A stretch of DNA of 64,000 bases from Leptospiraceae bacterium (GCA_040217195.1 JAVJNR010000006.1:160001-224000), one strand, 5' to 3'; positions 39,851-49,270 are shown, numbered from the stretch's first letter. Notes: generated by a model from the sequence alone, not told the origin. Numbers and translations: made by a program.

Positions 39851-39958
39851 ACCGGTAGAAGTGGTGCCTAAAGAGGGGAATGCCTGGTATTTAGACCAGG
39901 CCTCCCGGGGTGGCCGAACCGATAAACTCTGGTGCATTTCTCCGCCCGGGAAGAGGCC

Positions 39959-40000
39959 CACTCTACATTTTTTTCTAAAGCTATTTCGTTCCGGGCCGAT
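39959..40000 (+). repeat. 42-bp direct repeat, copy 1 (contains sigma28 promoter)
   Basis: CACTCTACATTTTTTTCTAAAGCTATTTCGTTCCGGGCCGAT, identical to 42971-43012. Confidence 0.95.
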
Positions 40001-40019
40001 GGATTGGCGCAGGTCCAGA

Positions 40020-41141
40020 CTATCTACCACTGAGTTTTTTTTGAAGCAATGGAGTTAATCGCTCCGTAAACTCCCGGGCTCCTTCAGCAGAAAGATGGGA
40101 ACCTTCCGGGCAATCGAATCCTTGTAACTGTGCATAGTCCTCGAAATGGATTCCAGGGGCGCCGGAGATCTGGATCATAGGATCCCAGAAGAACGGTCTT
40201 GGAGTAAACTTGCTCTCTAGCTCTCTCAGCGGGCCGGTGGAAGGAAATCTAACGAAGATCACCTTGCCGCCCCGGTCCTGGATCTTACCTACCAGCGCCG
40301 CCGTTCGATTCACATGTGCCTGCACATGCTTTATGAATTGCTGCCTGGCCTGGTCCGGCGTAACACCCGGCGGCGGAGGCGGCGGTGTAAATAGAGCCAT
40401 CCATCCACTGGAGATCCTTGCGCGAAGGGTTTCATCCTCCTCTACCCGGGGCCATAGTCTGCCCTGCCGATCCGCATCCACTGTATGCATATACGGCGGT
40501 AGAGGAGGCCCGATGGCCGCATTCTGCCGATTTTCTATGGGAAGTCGCTCCAGCATTTTCTTTAGAGTAAGGTCATCTTCATTGAGAAATGCGACAAAGC
40601 TCTGCAATAGTCTATCCAGTCTATGGCCGATTCTTTCGGAAGGAGCCCAGCTTCTATAATGGTCCAGAGATTTCCTGGCATTCGCCACCGGCGGGCTTCC
40701 AGGAGGGGCAAACCACAGCGAAGGTGTTATTCCAATAATCACCGTGCCTTTCCAGCTTTCTTCATTAGCAAGATCCTCCAGATAGTCCGTGGCATTGGTG
40801 CCCACGGTGGCCAGCTGAATTGGGCGAGTCCCGGTAAGCTTTTCGTATGCATCCAAATTAAAGTCGAAAAGCATCCTGGAGCCACCGATTAGTACGGTGC
40901 TTTCCGGATTCTTACTCACCTCGCTTCGCACGGAGGCCCACAGATCATGTCCATCCTGCAGGGAAGCTTCGTAGCCTTGCAGGCGAACGAATATCTCCCA
41001 TCCGGCCAGGATTGTGAGGGACAGGCCCAGGGTAATCAGTGCGATTCGACCCAGGGAACGTCGGGCCGGAACCACAAGTGTATAGTCATTTTCTGAAACC
41101 GAATTTGATACCGAATTAGAAACGGAAGTAGATGAATGCAT
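40020..41141 (-). CDS. membrane-anchored SGNH/DltD-like partner of MBOAT
   Basis: N-terminal TM, IGGSR motif, C-terminal DCPEGSHL; start overlaps the MBOAT stop. Confidence 0.7.
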   Translation of the reverse strand: MHSSTSVSNSVSNSVSENDYTLVVPARRSLGRIALITLGLSLTILAGWEIFVRLQGYEASLQDGHDLWASVRSEVSKNPESTVLIGGSRMLFDFNLDAYEKLTGTRPIQLATVGTNATDYLEDLANEESWKGTVIIGITPSLWFAPPGSPPVANARKSLDHYRSWAPSERIGHRLDRLLQSFVAFLNEDDLTLKKMLERLPIENRQNAAIGPPLPPYMHTVDADRQGRLWPRVEEDETLRARISSGWMALFTPPPPPPGVTPDQARQQFIKHVQAHVNRTAALVGKIQDRGGKVIFVRFPSTGPLRELESKFTPRPFFWDPMIQISGAPGIHFEDYAQLQGFDCPEGSHLSAEGAREFTERLTPLLQKKLSGR

Positions 41142-42537
41142 CGCCTGCTCCTTGAGATAGAATGATAGTTATCAACATGAAGGTCCAGATGGCCACGAAT
41201 ACTGGCAAAGGCCAGGATTGCACCACTTCGCCCAGGGTTTTATCTCTAAGCCAGATATGGCCGACCACCAGCGGAATAATGACCAGGGCCACTTTCAGAA
41301 TCTCCACCGTAGGTAGAAAAGCCGGGCCATCGGAAATAATCGAAAAGAGTGAAAGAAAAATCAGAATGGCTTTTTCGAAGTCCGGGGATCGAAAGAATAC
41401 CCAGGTAAGGCTGACCAGAACAAATGTTAGTAGCATCAATCCGATCCGCACAGGCGATTTCTGCCACACCGCCAAGCTTCCCAGACCGCGAACCAGTAAC
41501 CTTTCGATTACCAGGAATAATCCGTGCACCAGCCCCCAGGCAACAAAAGTCCAGGCCGCGCCATGCCACAGTCCTCCCAGAAACATGGTAATAAGTAGAT
41601 TGGGAAGGGTGCGAAGCACACCTTTGCGATTGCCTCCCAGAGGGATATAGAGGTAATCCCGCAACCAGGTGGAAAGTGTAATGTGCCATCTGCGCCAGAA
41701 ATCCGAAAAGCCCAGAGCTCCGTAAGGACTGCGAAAGTTATCTGGCAATTGAAATCCAAGGCACAGGGCCGTTCCTATAGCTACCACCGAGTATCCGGCG
41801 AAATCCGCAAATATTTGCCCTCCAAAGGCCAGAACACCTACCCAGGCATCCATTACGGCCACCGGGCCAGGTCTGCCAAAGACGGTGTCTGCAGCCGGGG
41901 CCAGCATGGTATCTGCCATCACCATTTTCTGGAAAAGTCCCAGGGTTATCAGATAAAGTCCCCAGAGTAATTGAGTAGAGGTGGCTCTTTTTTCTTCCCG
42001 GGCCTGGGGCAAAAACTGTCCGGCTCGGACGATGGGTCCGGCCACCAGCTGTGGAAAGAAGGTTACATACAAGGCGAAGTTCAGCCAGGACGAGGAAGGC
42101 TGGATTTTTCCGCGGTATACATCCAATGTATAGGAAAGGGTTTGGAAGGTATAAAAAGAAATACCTACAGGCAGAATGATGCTGGGGGCCGCCGCTTCAT
42201 ATTCAATGCCGGCAGTGCCCAGAAGGGCGGTCATGTTGCTCAAAAGGAAACCGCCGTATTTGAAGAAAGCCAGCAAACCCAGATTCGTGATCAGGCTAAT
42301 AACAACAAGAACTCGCTTTTTGCTCTGGTTTCTGGTTGCAGCAATGCCTTTAGCGACATACCAGTCCACCAGCGTGGAGCCCCATAGAAGTAGCACAAAT
42401 GGAGGATTCCATGCGGCGTAGAACGCATAACTGGCAACTAGCAGGATTCCCTTGCGCATAGGCCAGGGGCGCACCATATAATAAAGCCCGATTACGATAG
42501 CCAGAAAGACAACAAACGTTAGCGAATTAAAAAGCAC
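41116..42537 (-). CDS. MBOAT family O-acyltransferase (AlgI/PatA/DltB-like)
   Basis: LFNS, LPVGISFYTFQ, FFPQLVAGPI, DFAGYS, FWRRWHITLSTWLRDYLYIPLGG, GLWHGA, FIYFRF; GTG start 42537. Confidence 0.95.
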   Translation of the reverse strand: MLFNSLTFVVFLAIVIGLYYMVRPWPMRKGILLVASYAFYAAWNPPFVLLLWGSTLVDWYVAKGIAATRNQSKKRVLVVISLITNLGLLAFFKYGGFLLSNMTALLGTAGIEYEAAAPSIILPVGISFYTFQTLSYTLDVYRGKIQPSSSWLNFALYVTFFPQLVAGPIVRAGQFLPQAREEKRATSTQLLWGLYLITLGLFQKMVMADTMLAPAADTVFGRPGPVAVMDAWVGVLAFGGQIFADFAGYSVVAIGTALCLGFQLPDNFRSPYGALGFSDFWRRWHITLSTWLRDYLYIPLGGNRKGVLRTLPNLLITMFLGGLWHGAAWTFVAWGLVHGLFLVIERLLVRGLGSLAVWQKSPVRIGLMLLTFVLVSLTWVFFRSPDFEKAILIFLSLFSIISDGPAFLPTVEILKVALVIIPLVVGHIWLRDKTLGEVVQSWPLPVFVAIWTFMLITIILSQGAGDAFIYFRF

Positions 42538-42836
42538 ACACTGCTCCGGGACCCTCTTGGTTTCTCTGCCCGGCGGATGGTTCCGCAAATTGGCATAGTG
42601 AAGTCTATGGATTCAGATCCAGGATCCCGGGCTGTCAATGTAATTCATTCAGGAATGGATCAATCCCCCCTGAACAGGGGAGTCTTTGAGCCGTTCGCGG
42701 CTCTGTGCAGCGGGTCCTTTCTTTCTGAGGATTCATTCTTCGGTCTCCCAGCTTATGCTTTCGCCTTTCTTTCCACTCTCGAAGTTGTATCGTTCGATCG
42801 GTTTTGCGTCGATTCACCGGATTGTAAGGGGATTCT

Positions 42837-42932
42837 TTAAATGGACTCCGTTTGGATTCGAACGCAGATTTCAAGGGTGCGATGTACCGGACACTTATTT
42901 GCGATCTCGATTAGCTTCTCCTGTTGCTCGGC
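42837..42932 (-). pseudogene. 3' remnant of an OsmC-family gene
   Basis: Translation AEQQEKLIEIANKCPVHRTLEICVRIQTESI*; matches the OsmC-like C-terminal motif L.EIANKCPVHRTL; no start codon. Confidence 0.75.
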
Positions 42933-42970
42933 CTTGCACGGTATCCGATGGCCGCCCTGAATTCCCGGCG

Positions 42971-43012
42971 CACTCTACATTTTTTTCTAAAGCTATTTCG
43001 TTCCGGGCCGAT
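42971..43012 (+). repeat. 42-bp direct repeat, copy 2
   Basis: Identical to 39959-40000. Confidence 0.95.
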
Positions 43013-43014
43013 CA
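42988..43014 (+). promoter_or_regulatory. sigma28 promoter upstream of flaB
   Basis: TAAA-N15-GCCGATCA. Confidence 0.8.
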
Positions 43015-43188
43015 TCTTTCTGTGAGGCACTGACACAAAAAGCCCTCCAGAGCCTGAATGAGTCCCCTGTGGGCAGTTCCAGGCTCCAAAAAGAAATGCA
43101 AATTTTTTTGCAGCCTGAGTCGTTTTTTTACGGTTCGGGCTAAAGGTCGTTCCTTCCTCCATCGAAAGTAGATACAGACAAAGATAGA

Positions 43189-43236
43189 ACTCTGCATGCA
43201 CAGACGGGCGCAAGGATGGCCCTGAAAAAGCAGAGT
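43189..43236 (+). promoter_or_regulatory. CsrA-binding hairpin in the flaB leader
   Basis: ACTCTGC/GCAGAGT and GGGC/GCCC stems presenting CAAGGATG. Confidence 0.6.
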
Positions 43237-43282
43237 GTACATGAATGCCGGGTGACGCCGGCGCGTTTCAAGGAGGAAACGA

Positions 43283-44128
43283 ATGATAATCAACCATAAC
43301 CTTTCAGCGATTAATTCCCATCGCACGCTGAAATTTCAGCACTGGGATGTTGACAAGAACATGGAAAAACTGTCCTCCGGGATGCGAATCAATCGCGCCG
43401 GAGACGATGCATCCGGTCTGGCTGTATCTGAAAAGATGAGAGCTCAGATCAGTGGATTGAGACAGGCAGAGAGAAATGCCGAAGACGGAATGAGCATGAT
43501 TCAGACCGCCGAAGGATATCTGGCCGAAGTGGCCGATGTTCTGCAGCGAATCCGGGTACTTGCAATTCAGTCTTCCAACGGTATTTACACCGCCCAGGAT
43601 CGACAGATGATCCAGGTGGAAGTCTCCGCCCTGGTGGATGAAGTGGATCGAATCGCTTCTCAGGCACAGTTCAATACAATGAATCTGTTTCTGGGGGAAT
43701 TCGCACGAAATTCCAGACAGTCTTCCATGTGGTTTCACATCGGACCAAATCAGCACCACAGAGAACGAGTGTATATTCAGACAATGACTGCCAATGCACT
43801 CAATCTCAAGCAATTGGATGGAAACATCATGACGATTTCTACTGCAGAATTCGCCAATGAGGCTATCGGTACTCTTGACTCCGCGCTTGACAGAATCAAC
43901 AAGCAGCGCGCCGACATGGGTGCCTATTACAACCGTCTGGAGCATGCTGCAAAAGGTCTGATGGTGGCTTATGAAAACACCCAGGCATCTGAAAGCCGTA
44001 TTCGCGACGTGGATATGGCCGAAGAGGCAACTGCTTTTACCAAGAACCAGATTCTGGTTCAAACAGGAACGGCAATGCTTTCGCAGGCGAATATTCGCCC
44101 GCAATCAGTATTGCAATTACTGAGGTAA
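43283..44128 (+). CDS. flaB: flagellar filament core protein FlaB
   Basis: [46 protein letters not shown]. Confidence 0.97.
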   Translation: MIINHNLSAINSHRTLKFQHWDVDKNMEKLSSGMRINRAGDDASGLAVSEKMRAQISGLRQAERNAEDGMSMIQTAEGYLAEVADVLQRIRVLAIQSSNGIYTAQDRQMIQVEVSALVDEVDRIASQAQFNTMNLFLGEFARNSRQSSMWFHIGPNQHHRERVYIQTMTANALNLKQLDGNIMTISTAEFANEAIGTLDSALDRINKQRADMGAYYNRLEHAAKGLMVAYENTQASESRIRDVDMAEEATAFTKNQILVQTGTAMLSQANIRPQSVLQLLR

Positions 44129-44389
44129 GCGTTTTCAGCGCGAGGAGGAATAGTTAAACAAGCATTCGTGTTTCTCCAGTAGGCGTCTGCCGCTGGCCCG
44201 GGGATTCTGGGCCCAGTCAGGCTCAGCATTGTCTGAGGCCAGTACAGACATCCAGGAGAATTGGATTGATACCTGACCCTGTGTACACTGCAGCCGGCCG
44301 GTTTGCCGGTGCCATTCGGACGGAGTGTGCATGTGCATTCTCCCACCTGCTTCCTCAGAAATAGGTGAATAGAGGCAAAGGAGTGCAGG

Positions 44390-45235
44390 ATGATTATCAA
44401 TCACAACATGAGTGCTATCAACGCTCACAAGGCGTTGAAGTTTAACGTTTGGGAAACGGATAAGTCTATGGAGAAGTTAAGCTCCGGCATGCGTATTAAC
44501 ACAGCCGGTGATGACCCATCCGGACTTGCTGTTTCTGAAAAGATGCGGACACAGATCCAGGGCCTTCGCCAGGCGGAACGTAATACCGAAGACGGTATGA
44601 GTTTCATACAGACCACGGAGGGGTATCTGGCTCAGACCTCGGATATTATCCAGCGGATTCGCGTTCTTGCTGTTCAATCAGCGAACGGAATCTATTCAGC
44701 TCAAGATAGAGAGCTGATTCAGGTGGAGATATCCCAGCTAGTCGACGAGGTGGATCGGATCGCATCTCAGGCCGAGTTTAATAGGTTCGACCTGCTTCTG
44801 GGGCGCTTTGCGCCGGGCTCCGTTCGCGGATCCATGTGGTTCCAGATGGGACCCAACCAGGGACAGAGAGAACAGGCTTTCATCAGAACGATGACGGCTC
44901 AAGCGCTTGGACTGAGAGAAGCGGACAACCAGATCGTCACGGTTTCGACGCCGGGAGGCGCCAATGAAACCATTGGTCGGGCAGATGCTGCGCTTGAGGT
45001 GCTGATGAAACAGAGAGCCGATCTCGGTGCTTATTACAACCGACTGGAGCACACGGCCAAGGGGCTGATGAACGCATACGAGAATGTGCAGGCTTCGGAA
45101 AGCCGTATCCGTGATGTGGATATGGCGGAGGAGATGGTGAGTTTGACCACGAATCAGATTCTCACTCAATCCTCCATTGCGATGCTTTCGCATGCTGGTG
45201 TAAGACCAGAAGGGATCTTGAATTTGCTGCGTTAG
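44390..45235 (+). CDS. flaB: flagellar filament core protein FlaB (second paralogue)
   Basis: Same flagellin N- and C-terminal motifs; 281 aa. Confidence 0.97.
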   Translation: MIINHNMSAINAHKALKFNVWETDKSMEKLSSGMRINTAGDDPSGLAVSEKMRTQIQGLRQAERNTEDGMSFIQTTEGYLAQTSDIIQRIRVLAVQSANGIYSAQDRELIQVEISQLVDEVDRIASQAEFNRFDLLLGRFAPGSVRGSMWFQMGPNQGQREQAFIRTMTAQALGLREADNQIVTVSTPGGANETIGRADAALEVLMKQRADLGAYYNRLEHTAKGLMNAYENVQASESRIRDVDMAEEMVSLTTNQILTQSSIAMLSHAGVRPEGILNLLR

Positions 45236-45368
45236 ACGCGGTTGGGAATCCCATCTCCGGATTTCAGGTAAAGAATTCGGAGCCAGAAACAGCCGGAGAA
45301 TTCCGGGGTTTCAAAAGCGTCAAAGGAGCAATTCCACCGGCGCATACACAAACTCAAATGTTCCCATC

Positions 45369-45396
45369 GGCCCGGGCTTTGCCCGGGTCTTTTTTT
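45369..45396 (+). terminator. intrinsic terminator after the flaB pair
   Basis: GGCCCGGGC-TTT-GCCCGGGTC followed by T7. Confidence 0.85.
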
Positions 45397-45608
45397 CGCC
45401 GATGGAATTGCTCTCTAACTGATCGGTGATTTTACTCGATTACGTTAGTGAAATGGGAGTTGAAGAGGGAAAAAGATCGAGTGTCATCGGCTCATGAGGA
45501 CGAAGGTCTCCGGGGGCAGGGTAAGCATCTGGAAAGAAAATCAAGAGCCTTCAAATATGTCAAATGTCCAGGAAGCTATAGGAGGCACTCGAGTCATGTT
45601 CCCGCGTG

Positions 45609-46280
45609 TCAGAAGGTTTTCTCAATCCATTTCCTGATAGCAAAGGCACCGGGTAGTAACAAAATATAGGACAGGGGCGTAATCACCAGAATCATGAAAT
45701 TCTCTGCCATGATTGTATCCGGATTGGCCTTTCCCTTCTTAATAGCCGAAATGAAGCCAATCTTCTGCCATGTGGACATGGCCAGTGCAATTCCCAGGTA
45801 AAGCAAAGTATCCCATCGTTCCTCTGGCTGGTTCTCCCAGCTGGCCATGAAAAATCCTCCAGCAGAACCCAGAAATAAGCCTACAAATACCAGGACTCCG
45901 AGCAAGCCCATGTCCTTCCAGGCGGAGTTTCCGCCAATGCCCGTTCCGAATAAGAAATATAGAGCGAACCCAATCATCAGGCTCCCGGTTTCTATTAGCG
46001 CTTCATCCAGAAAAAAGGCCCACAGGGAGCCGTCGCTCATTCCCTGCTTGAATACCAGAATTCCAATGCGAAACAAAGGCAGTAGCATCAGCACCCAGTT
46101 GCGACCAAATCCAGAAAGCACCAGAGGAACGTAGATGTAGACGTTCATGGTAGCCAGAAGCCAGCCTCCGAATATGATCCAGCCTATGTATTTTGAATCC
46201 AGCTCCATGGCAGCCCAGGCCCCCAGAAAAGGCAGTATGCCAACGTAGATGGCCTCTATCCATTGAATGGTGCGGGTCAT
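45609..46280 (-). CDS. hypothetical multi-TM membrane protein
   Basis: About seven hydrophobic segments; start chosen at ATG 46280. Confidence 0.7.
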   Translation of the reverse strand: MTRTIQWIEAIYVGILPFLGAWAAMELDSKYIGWIIFGGWLLATMNVYIYVPLVLSGFGRNWVLMLLPLFRIGILVFKQGMSDGSLWAFFLDEALIETGSLMIGFALYFLFGTGIGGNSAWKDMGLLGVLVFVGLFLGSAGGFFMASWENQPEERWDTLLYLGIALAMSTWQKIGFISAIKKGKANPDTIMAENFMILVITPLSYILLLPGAFAIRKWIEKTF

Positions 46281-46376
46281 GGTCACTAAGTCTGGAATAT
46301 CAGGGTTAGACGGGCAAACGAAAAATCTGAACGTTAAAGAGTTGCTGATTTGAATCAATCATCGAAATCTTAAAAC

Positions 46377-47042
46377 ATGGTAATGAAATCCGGCGATGAC
46401 TATAGACGGACCAACCAGACCCCGGCAGATGCTCCTGATTCCGCTACCCGGGCTAGAATGAAAGGTTTCGCTCAGAATTTTCTTGAGGAATTTTCTGAAG
46501 CCGAAACTGAGGCGGCCCTGGAATCATTTCTGGACCTATTTCATCCGCAGTTCCTGGAGAAGAATAGTCACTTTGTTCTATCTGGCGATGTTTGTACTAA
46601 ACTCGGTTTTATAGAAAAAGGGGTAATTCGTGCATACCATGCGACGGAAGACGGAGGGGAATACACCAAAACCATTTTTCAGGAGGATCACTTTGTGGCT
46701 CCTCTGGCTTCCCTGACCACGGGCGAACCGAGCCCGGTAGGTTTACAGGCATTGACTGACGTGCGTATCGCGGTTGCCCGGTACTCCGATCTGGAAAGGC
46801 AAAATCGCCGATTCCATGCACTTGAACACTTTACTCGAATGGTCATCCAGTGGGAGTGGGTTCGAAAAGAGATCCGAGAAATTCGCTTGGTGACGCTTAG
46901 CGCGGAAGAACGCTACGACCTCTTTCTTGAGGAGTTTCAGGGGTTGGAGCATCGTATTCCCTGGTATTATATAGCATCCTTTCTGGGTATCACCCCGGTA
47001 GCTCTGAGTCGCATCCGTGGGCGAAAACGAAAAACTAATTAA
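46377..47042 (+). CDS. Crp/Fnr family regulator (start may be 46458)
   Basis: LGFIEKGVIRAY, SAEERY, IASFLGITPVALSRIR. Confidence 0.9.
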   Translation: MVMKSGDDYRRTNQTPADAPDSATRARMKGFAQNFLEEFSEAETEAALESFLDLFHPQFLEKNSHFVLSGDVCTKLGFIEKGVIRAYHATEDGGEYTKTIFQEDHFVAPLASLTTGEPSPVGLQALTDVRIAVARYSDLERQNRRFHALEHFTRMVIQWEWVRKEIREIRLVTLSAEERYDLFLEEFQGLEHRIPWYYIASFLGITPVALSRIRGRKRKTN

Positions 47043-47054
47043 TTTTTGCAGATA

Positions 47055-47068
47055 TTAACCCGGGTTAA
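47055..47068. promoter_or_regulatory. palindromic operator upstream of the SDR operon
   Basis: Perfect 14-bp palindrome TTAACCCGGGTTAA directly after the Crp/Fnr gene. Confidence 0.55.
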
Positions 47069-47143
47069 GGAAATCCCATCTGCAATGTGCCATTCTCTTT
47101 GTTGAGAGGAGCAAGCAAATGCTCTTCTCACAAGGAGGACAAT

Positions 47144-47878
47144 ATGAAAATTAGCGGTAATACCGTCTTAATTACCGGCGGTACCTCGGGTATTGGATTG
47201 GCCCTGGCAAATGCATTTCATTCAGCCGGAAACCAAATAATTATTACTGGTCGGGATAAAAAAAAGCTCAGGAAGGTTTTGAACAATGAGCCCCACTGGA
47301 TGGGTTTTGCAGCCGATCTTTCCACAGCAGATCAAACCTCCGGACTGGTCGGGGGTGTAAAGAAAGCGGGAGAGCCGAACATTCTGGTGAATAATGCAGG
47401 CATCCAGTGTGACATCGGATTCCTTAGAGATCCGATTGATCCTGCCCATCTGTTCGAAGAATTCAGAGTGAACCTGGAAGCGCCTTTGCGACTGATCCAG
47501 GAGTTTCTTCCGTCGCTGCTTGCCCGACAGGAGGCCGCGATAATCAACGTCACTTCTGCTCTCGGCGAGGTGCCAAAGTCTATCTTTCCCGTATATTCCG
47601 CATCAAAGGCTGCTCTGTCTGCATATACATGCGCGCTCAGAGTTCAGCTAAAGGACACAGCAGTTCAGGTAATGGAGCTGGTTCCTCCGCTCACGGCCAC
47701 GCCGATGAGCGCTAAGCGCAATGGAGCCAAGATGATGCCGGAAGACCTTGCGAAAGCTGCGCTGGAAGGATTGGCCGATGGTTCAGCGGTAGTTCGACCG
47801 GGAAGAGCTGGGCTACTTCATCAATTACACAGGTTTGCTCCTGGGATCGCAAGTAAGATCGTGGAGGCAGGAGCATGA
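47144..47878 (+). CDS. short-chain dehydrogenase (DltE-like SDR)
   Basis: ITGGTSGIG, NNAG, YSASK, ELVPP; AAGGAGG SD. Confidence 0.93.
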   Translation: MKISGNTVLITGGTSGIGLALANAFHSAGNQIIITGRDKKKLRKVLNNEPHWMGFAADLSTADQTSGLVGGVKKAGEPNILVNNAGIQCDIGFLRDPIDPAHLFEEFRVNLEAPLRLIQEFLPSLLARQEAAIINVTSALGEVPKSIFPVYSASKAALSAYTCALRVQLKDTAVQVMELVPPLTATPMSAKRNGAKMMPEDLAKAALEGLADGSAVVRPGRAGLLHQLHRFAPGIASKIVEAGA

Positions 47879-48663
47879 ATACAAGTAGCAAAAACGATTT
47901 TATGATGGCCGATGCTCGCGAGGCCCGAACCGGATTTCTGATTGTGGTTATTGTGCATCTAATGCTAATGCACATAGCATATTTCATTCTGACGGAGACA
48001 TTTCAATTTCCGGAGATTCTACGCAAGCCTCCGAATGAAATGCTGAACAAATTTGCAGCCACGGGTGAGTTGAATCGATTTGCCTACTACCTCTTCACTT
48101 TAAGCGGACTGACCTTTGCTCTGGCGTACCTGTTCATGGGACAGAGTCTCTATCGCAAAGGATATCTGGCCACCACCGGGGCATTCTTTGCTGTGCTTGC
48201 TGGTCTTATGCAAGCTCTGGGCTTTGGGCGGTGGGTCTTTCTTGTTCCCTGGATTGCGGACTTGCCAGTGGAAAAGCAACAGGAGGCTTTGCTTATTTTG
48301 GAGGCTTTTCACAGATATGCTGGCTTGTTGGTAGGAGAGAACCTGGCTTTTCTCGCACATGGAATTGGTGGCGCATTTATGTCCGTTCAGATTCTGAAAA
48401 ATAAGTCCATACCGCAGTTCTTCGGATGGGTCGGATTGCCCATTCATACGCTGATCGGTATCTACTCCCTGGAGCAATTTGGTGGCGTATTCTCCGGTCT
48501 GGGGCCATTTAACATAATGATCCAGATTCTCTGGCTTTCATGGTTATTGTTTAGCGCGATCTACATGTTTCGCGGGAGGAACAAAGTTATCACGCTGCAA
48601 CGGAGAGACTTCGGAGCAATGGCACTGGTAACACTCATTCTAATGGTATCGGCCCTTGGTTGA
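47875..48663 (+). CDS. DUF4386-like membrane protein
   Basis: FQFPEILR, QALGFGRW, GLLVGE; ATGA overlap with the SDR gene. Confidence 0.7.
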   Translation: MNTSSKNDFMMADAREARTGFLIVVIVHLMLMHIAYFILTETFQFPEILRKPPNEMLNKFAATGELNRFAYYLFTLSGLTFALAYLFMGQSLYRKGYLATTGAFFAVLAGLMQALGFGRWVFLVPWIADLPVEKQQEALLILEAFHRYAGLLVGENLAFLAHGIGGAFMSVQILKNKSIPQFFGWVGLPIHTLIGIYSLEQFGGVFSGLGPFNIMIQILWLSWLLFSAIYMFRGRNKVITLQRRDFGAMALVTLILMVSALG

Positions 48664-48703
48664 TCCTGCCACGGAGTGACGTTAGTGAAGCGAGAATACT
48701 ATA

Positions 48704-49270
48704 ATGAGAAATCTGGAGAAAGATATGAAACGAAACAGTGAAAACACTATTGCGAAAAAAACGATCAGGTTCCGTGGAATTAGAAAGGTAGATCGGTGGC
48801 TGCGCGGTGTCCTAACTATACTGCTCACCGGGGCTTTCCTGGGTTCAGGATGCAAATCTATCCATACCGAACTGGAGATGCAGGCCACTCCGGAGGCGAT
48901 CTGGGCTGTACTGCTGCAAAACGATAAATACGGAGAGTGGAATCCTTACCATGTTAGAGTTGACGGCGCATTACAGACCGGAAATACGATTGAGGTCGAG
49001 ATTCACAAGCCCAATGGCAATCAGATAACTCTACAACCAGAGGTGATTCGCATGATCAAGAATCGGGAATTGACCTGGGGTGGAGGTATACCGGGACTCT
49101 TTACAGGTGAGCATGTGTTTGAAATCGTTCCCACTGAGTCTGGGGTTTTATTTGTTCACAGGGAGGAGTTTCGAGGTTTTTTCGTTCTCTTCGCCGAGCT
49201 GGATACAATAGAGGAGGGGTATAAACAGATGAATCAGGCACTGAAGAAACGAGTGGAGGAGGCCCGTTAA
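48704..49270 (+). CDS. SRPBCC/polyketide cyclase-like lipoprotein (start uncertain)
   Basis: LGSGC lipobox-like; IWAVL...YGEWNP, ELTWGG, GEHVF, MNQALK. Confidence 0.85.
   Translation: MRNLEKDMKRNSENTIAKKTIRFRGIRKVDRWLRGVLTILLTGAFLGSGCKSIHTELEMQATPEAIWAVLLQNDKYGEWNPYHVRVDGALQTGNTIEVEIHKPNGNQITLQPEVIRMIKNRELTWGGGIPGLFTGEHVFEIVPTESGVLFVHREEFRGFFVLFAELDTIEEGYKQMNQALKKRVEEAR

Noticed and set aside
42635..42874. 79-aa minus-strand ORF upstream of MBOAT
   Set aside because: Overlaps the OsmC remnant in another frame, weak start, no motifs
43020..43090. c-di-GMP-I riboswitch in the flaB leader
   Set aside because: Only a loose GACACAAAAAGCC resemblance; the GNRA-capped P2 stem and receptor are not evident
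43304..45193. Long antisense ORFs over flaB (266 aa and 151 aa)
   Set aside because: Shadow frames of strongly conserved genes; no motifs
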